DNA from: Promethearchaeota archaeon | Lineage (GTDB): Archaea; Asgardarchaeota; Lokiarchaeia; Sigyniarchaeales; SOKP01 | NCBI GenBank assembly: GCA_029838195.1 | Contig: JALGVJ010000037.1 | Coordinates: 1 to 33,457, forward strand | Reading direction: 5' to 3' | Length of the DNA: 33,457 nucleotides | Shown: piece after piece, positions 17,305-27,782 of the stretch | Numbering within the stretch: the stretch's first letter is position 1 | Layout: every line of letters begins with the position of its first letter | Position numbers and translations under genes: made by a program | The notes under the pieces: model-generated | Database searches by the model: none | The model's input: only the letters and a program-made list of their open reading frames with translations | What the model was told of the DNA's origin: nothing

Positions 17305-18438
17305 TTATACCTCCATGAATTGTTCAAATTTATTAAATATGATATTCTTTAAATCAAAAGATCCGGGAGCTCCTTCTGGGTTAAATGCAACAGAAAAAAT
17401 GGGTTTTGATGAGTGTATTAGTCCTTCATTGGTCTTGTCATCTTTATCATGATAAAGTTCGGTAAATTGGCCAATAGAAATATTATTTAGGCTATATCCA
17501 TGATTATGAAAGGTAATAAAACATTTTCCTGTTTCATTCTCAGCTATGGTCCTTCCCCCTCGATGTTCTGCAAACAATTTATAGCTTTTTGCTCCCGCAG
17601 CTAATCCAATTATCATATTTCCCAATCCTATACCCAATGTGGGAACAGAAGCCTTAATTAAATTACGCACTAAGTCAATCGATTCTTTTAAAACAAGTGG
17701 ATTTCCGGGGCCATTAGAAATGAGAACTCCATTAGGTTTTAAGGCCATTATTTTTTCATAATTAAACGTGTAGGGGACTATAATCACTTCTAAATTTCTT
17801 GAAATTAGGGTGCGTATAATATTATTTTTAACCCCTAAATCGTGTATTACCACGGTTCCTTTAGGATCTCTGGGAGAAATTTTTTTTATATTTTTTGTAG
17901 AAACGGTTGATACAATGTTTTTCATTTCAATAGGTTCAGTTTCTCGAATTTCTTTCTTCAATTCTACTAAATTCAGTTTCTCAGTTGAATCATAAACCTT
18001 AAGGAGTGCCATTTCACTCTCTTTAATTACTAATCTTTGGATGAGCATTCGTGTATCAATCCATTGTATACCGGGTATATCCTCTTCAATGAGCCATTCT
18101 TCTAAGGTTTTGGACGATTCATAATGACTAGGATTTTTACAATATTCATTTACCACTATTCCTTTTACTTGGATAGCATCTGATTCAAAATGTTTTAAAA
18201 TTCCATTTTCATCTTTCTTTTTTGAAGGAACGCCATAATTGCCAATGGAAGGATAAGAAAACACTAAAAGTTGATTTTTATGAGTAAAATCAGTTAAAAT
18301 TTCCACGTATCCCGAACCAGGGATGGTCGTAAATGTTATTTCACCAATTACCTTTTTTATTGCTCCAAAACCTATTCCATGAAGAACAGAACCATCTTGT
18401 AATATTAAAATTCCTTTTTTTCTATTATTCTTTATCAT
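17305..18438 (-). CDS. carA: Carbamoyl-phosphate synthase small subunit, glutaminase catalytic residues substituted
   Basis: L.LQDG, GY.E.LTD, YPSIGNYGV, IDTR.L, DLGVK.NIIR.L, SNGPGNP, NHGY. GICLG reads GIGLG and HPE reads NPE. Confidence 0.92.
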   Translation of the reverse strand: MIKNNRKKGILILQDGSVLHGIGFGAIKKVIGEITFTTIPGSGYVEILTDFTHKNQLLVFSYPSIGNYGVPSKKKDENGILKHFESDAIQVKGIVVNEYCKNPSHYESSKTLEEWLIEEDIPGIQWIDTRMLIQRLVIKESEMALLKVYDSTEKLNLVELKKEIRETEPIEMKNIVSTVSTKNIKKISPRDPKGTVVIHDLGVKNNIIRTLISRNLEVIIVPYTFNYEKIMALKPNGVLISNGPGNPLVLKESIDLVRNLIKASVPTLGIGLGNMIIGLAAGAKSYKLFAEHRGGRTIAENETGKCFITFHNHGYSLNNISIGQFTELYHDKDDKTNEGLIHSSKPIFSVAFNPEGAPGSFDLKNIIFNKFEQFMEV

Positions 18439-18698
18439 GATATTTTTTTTTTTATTATTAAATAACCTAATTATTAATCATTAATTTACTCATGCCCTTT
18501 AATGTAATATTCTATAGATGAGGATGAAAAGAGTTCCCTAAAAAGAATATAAAAAACTAATCCCAAACAGAATAGGGAGATAATTTACCAATAGGAAAAA
18601 ATGACAGAAATCAATCCCGCATCCTAATAATCAATCTGCTTTTTCATAATTTTCAAAAAGATTTAATTTTTATGGAAGATGCTTTTTAATTTAATTGA

Positions 18699-21086
18699 AT
18701 GACACTGAAAACAGTTAACATTAAAATCACGGGAATCGTACAAGGAGTTGGGTTTAGGCCGTTCCTATACAATTTAGCAAAAGAATTTGAACTAAATGGA
18801 TATATTTTAAATAGAGGAAATGCCGGAGTAAGATTAGTTCTTCAAGGGCCTTCTGAAAAAATTGATACTTTTATCAAGACAATTGAAAAAAGAAGACCAC
18901 GGATATCATATATTGAAAAAATTGAGGTAAATCCTATTTCTAATGATATAAAATTTATGGACTTGGAAATCAAAAAGAGTGAAAAAGGAAAGGGTATTAG
19001 TCTTACCCTCCCTCCCGATATTGCAATATGTGAAGATTGTTTGCAAGACATGAAAAATAATGCAAATAATAGATACTACATGTATCCTTTCACTGCATGT
19101 GCGGTATGTGGGCCCAGATTTACTACGGTAATAGAACTCCCTTATGATAGGGAAAGAACCACAATGAGAAAATTTCCATTTTGCGAGGATTGCCAGAAAG
19201 AATATGAAAATTTTAATAATCGACGATTTCATGCTCAAACATTTGCGTGCTCTCGCTGTGGCCCTCGCTATTCATTACATGATAAAAATCGAAAGCTCAT
19301 TGAAAGTGAAAAAATTGATAAGATATTAACACGAACATCTCAACTGATAAAAGAAGGAAATGTTATTGCCATTAAAGGAATTGGTGGCGTGCATTTGGCG
19401 TGCTTGGCAACAGAAGATCACGTGATTCTGAAGTTGAGAAAGCAAAAAGGAGAGCGAAAATATAAGCCTTTCGCTTTAATGGTACCCAACTTAAAAATAA
19501 TAGATAAGTTTTTCTACATTTCAGAAAAAGAGAGAGAATTATTGGAATCTTTTAGAAGACCGATTGTTCTATTGGAAAAGCGAGAAAATTTTAGCGATTC
19601 GGGCATTAGCGAATTAGTAGCTCCTGGATTAAATAATATTGGATTCATGCTTCCTTATTCAGGAATACACCATTTATTATTCGATTTTGTTGGCCCCATC
19701 CCTCTTGTTTATACGAGTGGAAATAAATCAAATATACCCATGGCTTTAAAAAATGAACTAATTTTTAATCAACTACAAGATTTAGCAGATTATTTCTTGC
19801 TCCACGATAGAAAAATTTACCAGAGGGCAGATGATAGCGTTCTGCGAATTCATGATAACAAGATAAAATTAATTAGAAGATCCCGAGGATTTGTTCCCGA
19901 ATACTTTCCTTTACCCTTTCACGTGTCCATTCCTGGGGCTTTAGCTACAGGTCCAGAATTAGCCGTGACAGGCGCTGTTTTACGTAGAAATCGGATATTT
20001 CCCACTCAACACATTGGAAATGTGACTCATTTAGAAACTCATGAATTCTTAAAAGAGGCTCTCTTTCACATGAAACGATTATTACAGATAAAGGAGGAAG
20101 AAATAAAATTCATAGCATGTGATGCTCATCCTAATTTTTTTACTACTAAACTTGCCGAAGAATTAGCCTCAAAGCGAGACATTCCCTTATTTCGAGTCCA
20201 ACATCATCATGCTCATGTTTTGGCGCTCATGGCAGAAAATAATATAGAATTGGATGAAAAAATTATCGGTATTAGCACGGATGGGGTGGGGTATGGAGAA
20301 GACGGAAATATATGGGGAGGGGAATTGCTTTCTTGTACCTATAGATCTCATGAAAGACTTGGTCATTTAGAATACCAACCAATGATTGGAGGAGACCGAT
20401 GTACTAAATATCCTGCTCGAATGACAGCTTCTGTATTATTAAATGCTCTGGACATGGATGAAACCGTACGTGTTTGTAAAGAAATCCAATTATATAAAGA
20501 TTTAGAATATGGACATCAAGAGTTATCCATTATTATCAAGCAATTCGAAAATCAGCAAGAAAATAATGAATTCAAGGCTTTTCCATTAACAAGCTCTACG
20601 GGTAGAATATTTGATGTAGTTTCTTATCTATTGGGTGCCGCAAGGATTAAAACTTATAGAGGAGAGCCTGCCATGCGACTAGAAGGATTAGCAACGCGAG
20701 GCATTCCGGGAAAAGTAAAATTAAATTTATCAATAGAAAATATTAAGAATAAGTTGGTATTGAAAACTTCTGATTTAATTTTAGATATTATTAATCTTCT
20801 TCAATCTCGAAAATACAGTAAAGAAGACATTGCTCTTGCATTTCACCTTGCAATCGCAAGAGCCTTTGCGGAAGGAGCCATGCAATTAGCGAAACAACAT
20901 GGAATTGAGAAAATTGGATTGACGGGCGGAGTGGCCTATAATCATGCTTTTTCCGCCACCATTAAAAAATTCGTCCAAGAAAATGGATTTATTTTTTTAG
21001 AACATGATAAAATTCCTCCTGGGGATGCCGGAATAAGCACCGGACAATTAATACATGGAATTTTTCAATATCAAGATGATAAATGA
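18699..21086 (+). CDS. hypF: Carbamoyltransferase HypF
   Basis: Acylphosphatase domain GIVQGVGFRPF, Zn fingers (CEDC, CAVCGPRF, CEDC, CSRCGP), KGIGG.HL, QHHHAH, DG.GYG.DG.IWGGE, SSTGRIFD, PPGDAGIS.GQ. Confidence 0.97.
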   Translation: MTLKTVNIKITGIVQGVGFRPFLYNLAKEFELNGYILNRGNAGVRLVLQGPSEKIDTFIKTIEKRRPRISYIEKIEVNPISNDIKFMDLEIKKSEKGKGISLTLPPDIAICEDCLQDMKNNANNRYYMYPFTACAVCGPRFTTVIELPYDRERTTMRKFPFCEDCQKEYENFNNRRFHAQTFACSRCGPRYSLHDKNRKLIESEKIDKILTRTSQLIKEGNVIAIKGIGGVHLACLATEDHVILKLRKQKGERKYKPFALMVPNLKIIDKFFYISEKERELLESFRRPIVLLEKRENFSDSGISELVAPGLNNIGFMLPYSGIHHLLFDFVGPIPLVYTSGNKSNIPMALKNELIFNQLQDLADYFLLHDRKIYQRADDSVLRIHDNKIKLIRRSRGFVPEYFPLPFHVSIPGALATGPELAVTGAVLRRNRIFPTQHIGNVTHLETHEFLKEALFHMKRLLQIKEEEIKFIACDAHPNFFTTKLAEELASKRDIPLFRVQHHHAHVLALMAENNIELDEKIIGISTDGVGYGEDGNIWGGELLSCTYRSHERLGHLEYQPMIGGDRCTKYPARMTASVLLNALDMDETVRVCKEIQLYKDLEYGHQELSIIIKQFENQQENNEFKAFPLTSSTGRIFDVVSYLLGAARIKTYRGEPAMRLEGLATRGIPGKVKLNLSIENIKNKLVLKTSDLILDIINLLQSRKYSKEDIALAFHLAIARAFAEGAMQLAKQHGIEKIGLTGGVAYNHAFSATIKKFVQENGFIFLEHDKIPPGDAGISTGQLIHGIFQYQDDK

Positions 21087-21186
21087 TTCCGAACATGATA
21101 GAAATCTCTATTTAATGTAATTTTTTCTTTCTCCATAAAAATTGGATTCCTTTAGTTTTATAATGAATAAAATATGGATCTAAATC

Positions 21187-21672
21187 ATGACTTTAAAAGC
21201 TTGGATATTACATGATACAAGATTTGGAAATGGTAAATTCTTGGCCGAATTTTTAAAGAATGAATTTCCTGAAAAGTCAGAAGTAAAAATCGGCCATGTT
21301 AAAGAAGTCTCACCCGTGCTAATTGCTAATGACTCACCTGATATTTTAGTTTTGGGAGGTGCCATTCGCATGTTTCGGGGAGATCCTGCTTCAAAAAAAT
21401 GGTTAAAAAAATTAAATAAAATCTTAATGGAAAAAGGCGTCACAATAAGGTTTGGAACGGGATTTTTAACTCATGCATTACCAACGGATAAAATACAAGG
21501 GTTTGGGAAAAGATTTTTGAAAAGAATTAAAAACGCATCCAAGATTGAAAATACTTATCCTAAATTATTAACTGTTCGTGTGAAATCGCAGGAAGGTCCC
21601 ATTTATAATGAAGAATTAAAGAAAGCAAGAGAATTCGCGGAAGAATTTCTTAAATGGACTAACAATCAATAA
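21187..21672 (+). CDS. Flavodoxin-like protein
   Basis: N-terminal beta strand followed by DTRFGNG..LAE (FMN phosphate-loop-like), D.LVLGG, and C-terminal EL.KAREFA helix. 161 aa. Confidence 0.65.
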   Translation: MTLKAWILHDTRFGNGKFLAEFLKNEFPEKSEVKIGHVKEVSPVLIANDSPDILVLGGAIRMFRGDPASKKWLKKLNKILMEKGVTIRFGTGFLTHALPTDKIQGFGKRFLKRIKNASKIENTYPKLLTVRVKSQEGPIYNEELKKAREFAEEFLKWTNNQ

Positions 21673-22009
21673 AATTCATAGAATAGTGATTGTTAAAATA
21701 AAAGAAGATACTATTACGCATCCATGAAAATGATCATTCTTTTTTTCCTTTTAATAAAGCCGTATTCAAGAGCACCCGAGTGAAATGCCCTTTCCTTTAT
21801 TATAGTCCTTTTTTAATAAAATAAAGAGCATTAAGATAATTCAATCTAAATTTCGAACGTGTTTATTTTCTTTTTTTGTTGATTATTATTCATTCATTTA
21901 ATTTTTTCATAAAAATTTTTAAAGTTTTACCGTGGTACTAATATGGAAAAGCTATTAAGGTTTCTTTCAATTTTTATCTTGAAATATAGTACATTAAGCT
22001 TAGTTAACG

Positions 22010-22825
22010 ATGCCATTAACGAAACGGATTATTCCTTGCTTGGATGTAACGGAAGGTAGGGTTGTAAAAGGAACAAAATTTATCAATTTACGAGACGCGG
22101 GAGATGCTGTTGAGCTGGGTGCGTATTATGATGAACAAGGTGCAGATGAGCTGGTTTTTTTAGACATTACTGCTTCCTCTGATAAAAGAAAAATACTAAT
22201 AAATTTAGTAGAAAAAACTGCAGAACAAGTGTTCATCCCTTTTACCGTGGGAGGGGGCTTGAGAACCGTACATGATATTAAAGAAATCTTGAGAGCAGGT
22301 GCCGATAAAGTATCTTTAAATACTGCTGCCGTGAAAAACCCCACTTTAATTCAGGAGGGGGCAAAAATGTTTGGTTCTCAATGTATCGTTACAGCCATCG
22401 ATGCGAAGCGTGTACGTGTTAAAGATAAATCTTCAATGCTCGATAAAATTACCCTTGAAATTAAAGGAGAACATTATTGGTGGGAGGTATATATTAATGG
22501 AGGAAGAACCCCCACAGGATTGGATGCCATCCAATGGGGGCAAAAAGCTGTCGAGCTCGGAAGCGGAGAAATATTATTGACCTCCATGGACATGGATGGT
22601 ACGAAGGAAGGCTATGATCTAGAGCTAACAAAAGCATTTGTAGAGCGGTTAGACGTTCCTATTATTGCTTCAGGGGGTGCGGGAACCCCTCAACACATCA
22701 TTGACGTGTTTAAAATTGCGAAAGCGGATGCTGCCTTAGCCGCCTCCATCTTTCATTATAATGAATATAGCATCGAACATGTGAAAAAAGCATGTCAAAA
22801 AGAAGGAATTCCCATGAGGTTATGA
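22010..22825 (+). CDS. hisF: Imidazole glycerol phosphate synthase cyclase subunit
   Basis: [65 protein letters not shown]. Confidence 0.98.
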   Translation: MPLTKRIIPCLDVTEGRVVKGTKFINLRDAGDAVELGAYYDEQGADELVFLDITASSDKRKILINLVEKTAEQVFIPFTVGGGLRTVHDIKEILRAGADKVSLNTAAVKNPTLIQEGAKMFGSQCIVTAIDAKRVRVKDKSSMLDKITLEIKGEHYWWEVYINGGRTPTGLDAIQWGQKAVELGSGEILLTSMDMDGTKEGYDLELTKAFVERLDVPIIASGGAGTPQHIIDVFKIAKADAALAASIFHYNEYSIEHVKKACQKEGIPMRL

Positions 22826-22828
22826 ATA

Positions 22829-23458
22829 ATGGCTTTTTATTTAGCAATCATTGATTATGGGATGGGAAATTTAAAAAGCATTTATAAATTATTCCGATAT
22901 TTAAATATCGAAAGTAAAATTACCTCAGATCCTAACGTGTTGCGAAATGCGGATGGTATAATTTTACCGGGCGTGGGCGCATTTGGTGATGCAATGAAAA
23001 ATCTAAAAAACCGCAAAATAGATGAGATAATAAAAGAATTAGTAAAAGAAAATAAACCTTTATTAGGTATTTGTTTAGGACTCCAACTATTATTTTCAAA
23101 GAGTTTTGAAATGGGCGAACATGAAGGTTTAAACATCATGGAAGGAATTGTTATCCCATTTGAAAAAAATAAAGTAGGTAAAATTCCTCAAATTGGATGG
23201 AATGATGTATATCTTACAAACCCTAATCATTTTTTAGTGAAGAATATTCCTAACAATGCATATTTTTATTTTGTTCATGGATATTTTGCGGTGCCCAAAC
23301 ATGATAAAATGATTTTGGGAAAGACAGTATATGGTGAAACCGAATTCGCCTCCATCATTCAAAAAGAGAATGTCGTAGCCACTCAATTTCATCCTGAAAA
23401 ATCGAGTAAATATGGCATCCAATTATATAAGAACTTCATTGAATATTGTAAAAAATAA
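22829..23458 (+). CDS. hisH: Imidazole glycerol phosphate synthase glutaminase subunit
   Basis: IDYGMGNL, LPGVGAF, GICLGLQ, PQIGWN, YFVH, QFHPEKS. Catalytic triad intact. Confidence 0.97.
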   Translation: MAFYLAIIDYGMGNLKSIYKLFRYLNIESKITSDPNVLRNADGIILPGVGAFGDAMKNLKNRKIDEIIKELVKENKPLLGICLGLQLLFSKSFEMGEHEGLNIMEGIVIPFEKNKVGKIPQIGWNDVYLTNPNHFLVKNIPNNAYFYFVHGYFAVPKHDKMILGKTVYGETEFASIIQKENVVATQFHPEKSSKYGIQLYKNFIEYCKK

Positions 23459-23470
23459 TTAAGCATTCGA

Positions 23471-24961
23471 TTAATTCCTGCTGGTCGCGATAGATTGCTC
23501 CAATTCTGCCAGCTTAATAGCTGATTTTATGGGATAATTTCCCGTCAAGCATGCCAAACACAATTGATCTTCATGTAATCCAATAGCATTTATCAAATCA
23601 TCTAAGGATTGATAGAGAAGTGAATCAGCACCAATCTTTTTTCTTATCTCTTCAATATATTGTTCTCCATAAAGTTTATAGAATTTTCCCCCGATTAACT
23701 CGTCTCGTGTTGGAAAATCAATTCCCATGTAGCATGCATTAATAACGGGTGGACAACTTATACGAATATTCACGGATCTTGCCCCCGCCGAGCGAATTAA
23801 AGAAACAATTTGCTCCGTAGTAGTTCCTCGTACAATAGAATCATCCAAGAGTATCACGTCTTTTCCATTAATTACGCTTTTAATTGGGTTTAATTTCTCT
23901 TTTACAGCAGACTTTCTTCGTTGTTGACCCGGCATAATAAATGTTCTCCAAACAAATCGATTTTTCATCAATCCTTCTACGTACGGCAATCGTGCTTCTT
24001 TTGCATAACCCACGGCTACACTACGACCAGAATCAGGAACAGGAACCACGATGGCATTTTCTCGTATCTTGGGGTCATTTAATAGGGGATCTTTTTTTGC
24101 TAAATTTATACCCAAACGAAGTCTGGCTTCGGCAACGGATATGCCATCAATAATGGAATCTGGACGAGCAAAATATACAAATTCAAACATGCATAAAGCT
24201 GTTCTTTCTGATTTTAAAATCATTTCAGAATGAATCTCTTTTTGATGACTTAAATGTACAATTTCTCCTGGTTCCACGTCTCTTAAAAAAGTTCCTTCCA
24301 CTGCGTCAATTGCGCACGATTCTGAAGCAACAAAATATAAATTTCTTTTTTCTGTCTTGAGCTCGCCAATACATAGAGGCTTAAATCCCAATGGATCTCT
24401 CATGGCATATATATCTCCTTTATTCGTTAGTAATACTAAAGAATAAGAACCATCTAAGAATCTACTTGCAATTTTTAAAACCTCTGCCCAATCTTCCGTT
24501 CCCAGCGCAATGGAGGCAAGTAAATGAGCAATAACTTCTGTATCGGTGTTGGTCACAAAAATTCGCCCCATATCGCTCATTTTTTGTTTGATTTCATCGA
24601 AATTCGGAATGGTTCCATTAAAGGCAAAAGAAAATTCTATTTCATTATTTTTAAAGTGATACGGTTGCATGTAGTCCGAAGAGGAGTATGTTTCTGAGCC
24701 AGTTGTAGCATATCTATTATGGCCTATTCCGATGTTTCCCCACATTTGAGAAATCCTTTTCTTATTCAAAACCTTTGATACCAACCCTAATTTTTTATAA
24801 GTATAGATGTTGGAACCACCCGTATTCATTATCGAAATTCCTGTGGATTCTTGTCCTCGATGCTGAAGGGCAATTAGCCCTTTATATAAAATATTTGAGA
24901 CAGAAAATCCCACATCATCACACGTGACGCCAAAAACAGCACATTTTTCTTTAATGCGCAT
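23471..24961 (-). CDS. purF: Amidophosphoribosyltransferase
   Basis: Short propeptide then CAVFG, LQHRGQES, GHNRYAT, RDP.GFKPL, CMFEFVYFARPDS, VPDSG, DDSIVRGTT, CYMGID, CLACL.G.YP (Fe-S type). Confidence 0.97.
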   Translation of the reverse strand: MRIKEKCAVFGVTCDDVGFSVSNILYKGLIALQHRGQESTGISIMNTGGSNIYTYKKLGLVSKVLNKKRISQMWGNIGIGHNRYATTGSETYSSSDYMQPYHFKNNEIEFSFAFNGTIPNFDEIKQKMSDMGRIFVTNTDTEVIAHLLASIALGTEDWAEVLKIASRFLDGSYSLVLLTNKGDIYAMRDPLGFKPLCIGELKTEKRNLYFVASESCAIDAVEGTFLRDVEPGEIVHLSHQKEIHSEMILKSERTALCMFEFVYFARPDSIIDGISVAEARLRLGINLAKKDPLLNDPKIRENAIVVPVPDSGRSVAVGYAKEARLPYVEGLMKNRFVWRTFIMPGQQRRKSAVKEKLNPIKSVINGKDVILLDDSIVRGTTTEQIVSLIRSAGARSVNIRISCPPVINACYMGIDFPTRDELIGGKFYKLYGEQYIEEIRKKIGADSLLYQSLDDLINAIGLHEDQLCLACLTGNYPIKSAIKLAELEQSIATSRN

Positions 24962-25068
24962 GATTTATTTGAGCGAAAAACGAACTTTAATTTAATTTCC
25001 AATTAATTAAAATCTTTTATAATTTTTAATTATTATTTTAATAGAATATTAATGATCTCATTAATTAC

Positions 25069-25770
25069 GTGGTAAAAATTAATACAAGTACGAATGATCT
25101 TGCATTTGCCGTGCTCATTGGAGGAAAAAGCCTTCGTTTTGGAAGTGTAAAAGGGATATTTAAGTTTAATGGCAAGCCATTAATAGCTCATGTTATTGAT
25201 ACACTTCTTCCCTTTCATAAAAAAATTTTTTTGGTCGCTCATGACAAGGCTCAAGCAACTCTCTATAAGTCTCGTTTAAGCAAGCTTGACTCAATCTCTT
25301 TCATTTTCGACGACATGAGTTTTATTGAAGATGAGACCTTACGAACGCCTCTTTTGGGATTTCATGCAGCTTTCCAAAAATTAGATGCATTACATCATGA
25401 AAAGTGTTTCATTCTTTCTTGCGACATGCCTTTCATCAATCCTAAAGTAATTCAAATAATGATAGACGAATCCCTTGACCATGATTGCGTAATCCCGCAA
25501 TGGAATAATGGCTATCTAGAGCCTTTATTTTCTATTTATCCCGTAAAAAAAGGACTGATTCAAACTCGAAAAAATCTCATGAAAAAAAAATACAAATTGA
25601 TAAAAATAATTAAAGATACCTGGAAAGTGAAGTATATTCCCATTGAAAGTATGATTAAAACCATTGATAATAAATTATTAACCTTTTTTAATATCAATAA
25701 ATTTGAAGATATTGAATATTTAAAGAAAAATCATGGAATTATAATAAATGAGAACGAGAACCAAAAATGA
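25069..25770 (+). CDS. mobA: Molybdenum cofactor guanylyltransferase-like NTP transferase, copy 1
   Basis: LIGGKS.RFG..K, GKPLI, PL.G, SCDMPF, EPL...Y, FFNIN..ED. GTG start. Confidence 0.78.
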   Translation: MVKINTSTNDLAFAVLIGGKSLRFGSVKGIFKFNGKPLIAHVIDTLLPFHKKIFLVAHDKAQATLYKSRLSKLDSISFIFDDMSFIEDETLRTPLLGFHAAFQKLDALHHEKCFILSCDMPFINPKVIQIMIDESLDHDCVIPQWNNGYLEPLFSIYPVKKGLIQTRKNLMKKKYKLIKIIKDTWKVKYIPIESMIKTIDNKLLTFFNINKFEDIEYLKKNHGIIINENENQK

Positions 25771-26432
25771 ATGATGAGTTGAACGATCCAAAATATTTAG
25801 CAATCTTAATTTTAATTGGGGGAAAAAGTAGACGATTTGGTGTGGATAAGGGAAGTATTGAATTTCTCGGAAAACCTTTAATCCTCTATCAAACTGAAAC
25901 ATTAGAACAATTTGATAATGACGTATTTTTAGTGGCTCATTCCGCAAATCAGATTGAAGAGTACTTTAAAAAATTTAAAATTCCGAGAGAAAAATTTATT
26001 ATAGATGATACAGAATTATTAGTTTATGATAAAATTCGAACACCACTAATCGGCATTTATTCCGGGCTTAAACATTTAAATGAACTAAATTTCAAGAAAG
26101 CCTTCGTTCTTTCCTGCGATGCACCTTTAATTAAACCAAGTGTTATTGAATTCTTGATTGCTCAATCAAAAGGATATGATGCTGTCATACCGCGTTGGAA
26201 AAATGGGTATTTAGAGACTTTATTTACGATTTATCCCGTATCTCATGCTTTAATTAGGGCAAAATCTCTCATTGATAAAGAGATTTACACATTAAATGAA
26301 TTGATTGATGAGAACTGGAAAATTAAATATATCTCCGTGGAAGATTCTATTCAACCTTTAGATAAGAATCTAGTTAGCTTAATTAATATAAATGGTCCGA
26401 TTGATATCGAAAAATTGAAAAAATTTTACTGA
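25767..26432 (+). CDS. mobA: Molybdenum cofactor guanylyltransferase-like NTP transferase, copy 2
   Basis: LIGGKSRRFGVDK, GKPLI, PLIGI..GL, SCDAPL, NIN.P.D. Overlaps copy 1 by 4 nt (ATGA). Confidence 0.8.
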   Translation: MNDELNDPKYLAILILIGGKSRRFGVDKGSIEFLGKPLILYQTETLEQFDNDVFLVAHSANQIEEYFKKFKIPREKFIIDDTELLVYDKIRTPLIGIYSGLKHLNELNFKKAFVLSCDAPLIKPSVIEFLIAQSKGYDAVIPRWKNGYLETLFTIYPVSHALIRAKSLIDKEIYTLNELIDENWKIKYISVEDSIQPLDKNLVSLININGPIDIEKLKKFY

Positions 26433-26646
26433 GGCAAGTTTAATATTTAACAGGATTTTACTTGCCTTTAGTAATATAAATTCTTTTTTCAAGATCCTAT
26501 TCTTTATACCCGCTATTACATTTTGATCCATTTTTTCATAAGGGTAACTAATATTTAATTAATATCGGACTCCATTTTATTTAACTTTAATAAGCCTTAA
26601 TTTTAACTTAACACTTGAAAACGAAAAGGAATAAAAAGAAAAAACC

Positions 26647-27471
26647 ATGCAAAATTTAAAATGTCCGGAATGTGGAAAGATTTTTCATCCTAATCAGAGA
26701 TTTTGTGAATCATGTGGAATAGAATTACCTAAAACTAAATATAACACCTCTATTAATGAATCTGAAAGTAAAGCTATTCAAACAAAACGAATTGTTCCCA
26801 TTTTAAAAGGAGGGTTGTTTGATCTTAATAGAAATTATTATATTTTAAAGGAAAAGTTTTGGGATTTTGGCTCGGGCGATATTCTTGATGAAAAAAATCA
26901 AGTTATTGGAAAAATGAAACGAATTTTTTTAAGTATACGAAAAAAAATTGAATTACTTGAACTCGATGGAACCGTTTCAGCTACCCTTCATTCAAAAATC
27001 ATATCTGCGCGAGGAGCTCAAGACTTAAAAGACGCCGAAGGGAATTTAATTGCTCGTATTAAGAAAAAAATATTATCATTCTTGCATCCATTATTCTATT
27101 TGGAAGATCCTGATGGAAATAGATGGTATGAAGCTCAAGGAGAATTCATGGGTTGGTCGTATAAGATAAAAGATCTTTCTACTGATAAAATAATTGCTGA
27201 AGTTGAAAAGGCGGATAGATGGAGAGATATATTTTTAGGAGGATTTTTGGATTTTAAAGATACCTATGCTCTCCGAATCTTAGATAATGAAACCGATAGA
27301 AGAATCTTGTTAGGATTCGTGATTTCCATCGATAATGTCTTGTTTGACCATCGGCAGGGTCATTTGGGATTCATTCCATTCATCATGCCACGAAAAGGAA
27401 GGAGATTTTCCGGAAAATTTCCTAGACTGGGGCCTTTTCCTAAGGGTAAGTTTCCCCGAATAAGATTCTAA
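26647..27471 (+). CDS. Zinc-ribbon plus LURP-one-related/scramblase (tubby C-terminal-like) domain protein
   Basis: CPECG...CESCG at the N-terminus, repeated beta-hairpin units (D..G..IA.I.KK), DTYAL.I and LLGFVISID terminal helix typical of the LURP-one/scramblase fold. Confidence 0.7.
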   Translation: MQNLKCPECGKIFHPNQRFCESCGIELPKTKYNTSINESESKAIQTKRIVPILKGGLFDLNRNYYILKEKFWDFGSGDILDEKNQVIGKMKRIFLSIRKKIELLELDGTVSATLHSKIISARGAQDLKDAEGNLIARIKKKILSFLHPLFYLEDPDGNRWYEAQGEFMGWSYKIKDLSTDKIIAEVEKADRWRDIFLGGFLDFKDTYALRILDNETDRRILLGFVISIDNVLFDHRQGHLGFIPFIMPRKGRRFSGKFPRLGPFPKGKFPRIRF

Positions 27472-27782
27472 CTTTATCTTATCCTTTATCTTTTATTTCA
27501 TGTGGTTTTATGGTCATTTTTTTTCGCTCATTTAGAAAATTACTCGATTTTTAACTGAAATAAACTATAATTAATTTTTAGGAAACATCAATCCAAAAAT
27601 TACAAGTTTCATCTAACCAATTGATATTATACATTTTTCATGAAATTAGCTCTAAAGAACTCCCTAATGAAAATCTTTCCTTTTAATATTGATTAAAAAC
27701 ATGTTATGCTATTTGAAAAGATATCTCCTCTTAATAAAACCAGCCCTATATCAATATTATTCATGCGTTTGTCGTAGAATCT

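Noticed and set aside
17299-17313. carA and carB in frame (TAA-CAA-ATG) as a broken CPS1-like fusion gene
   Set aside because: carB has its own GGAGGT motif and a normal MP start. Separate subunits are the prokaryotic norm.
22400-22485. Insertion of about 20 aa in HisF
   Set aside because: It falls in a loop that varies in length among HisF proteins, and all catalytic motifs are intact.
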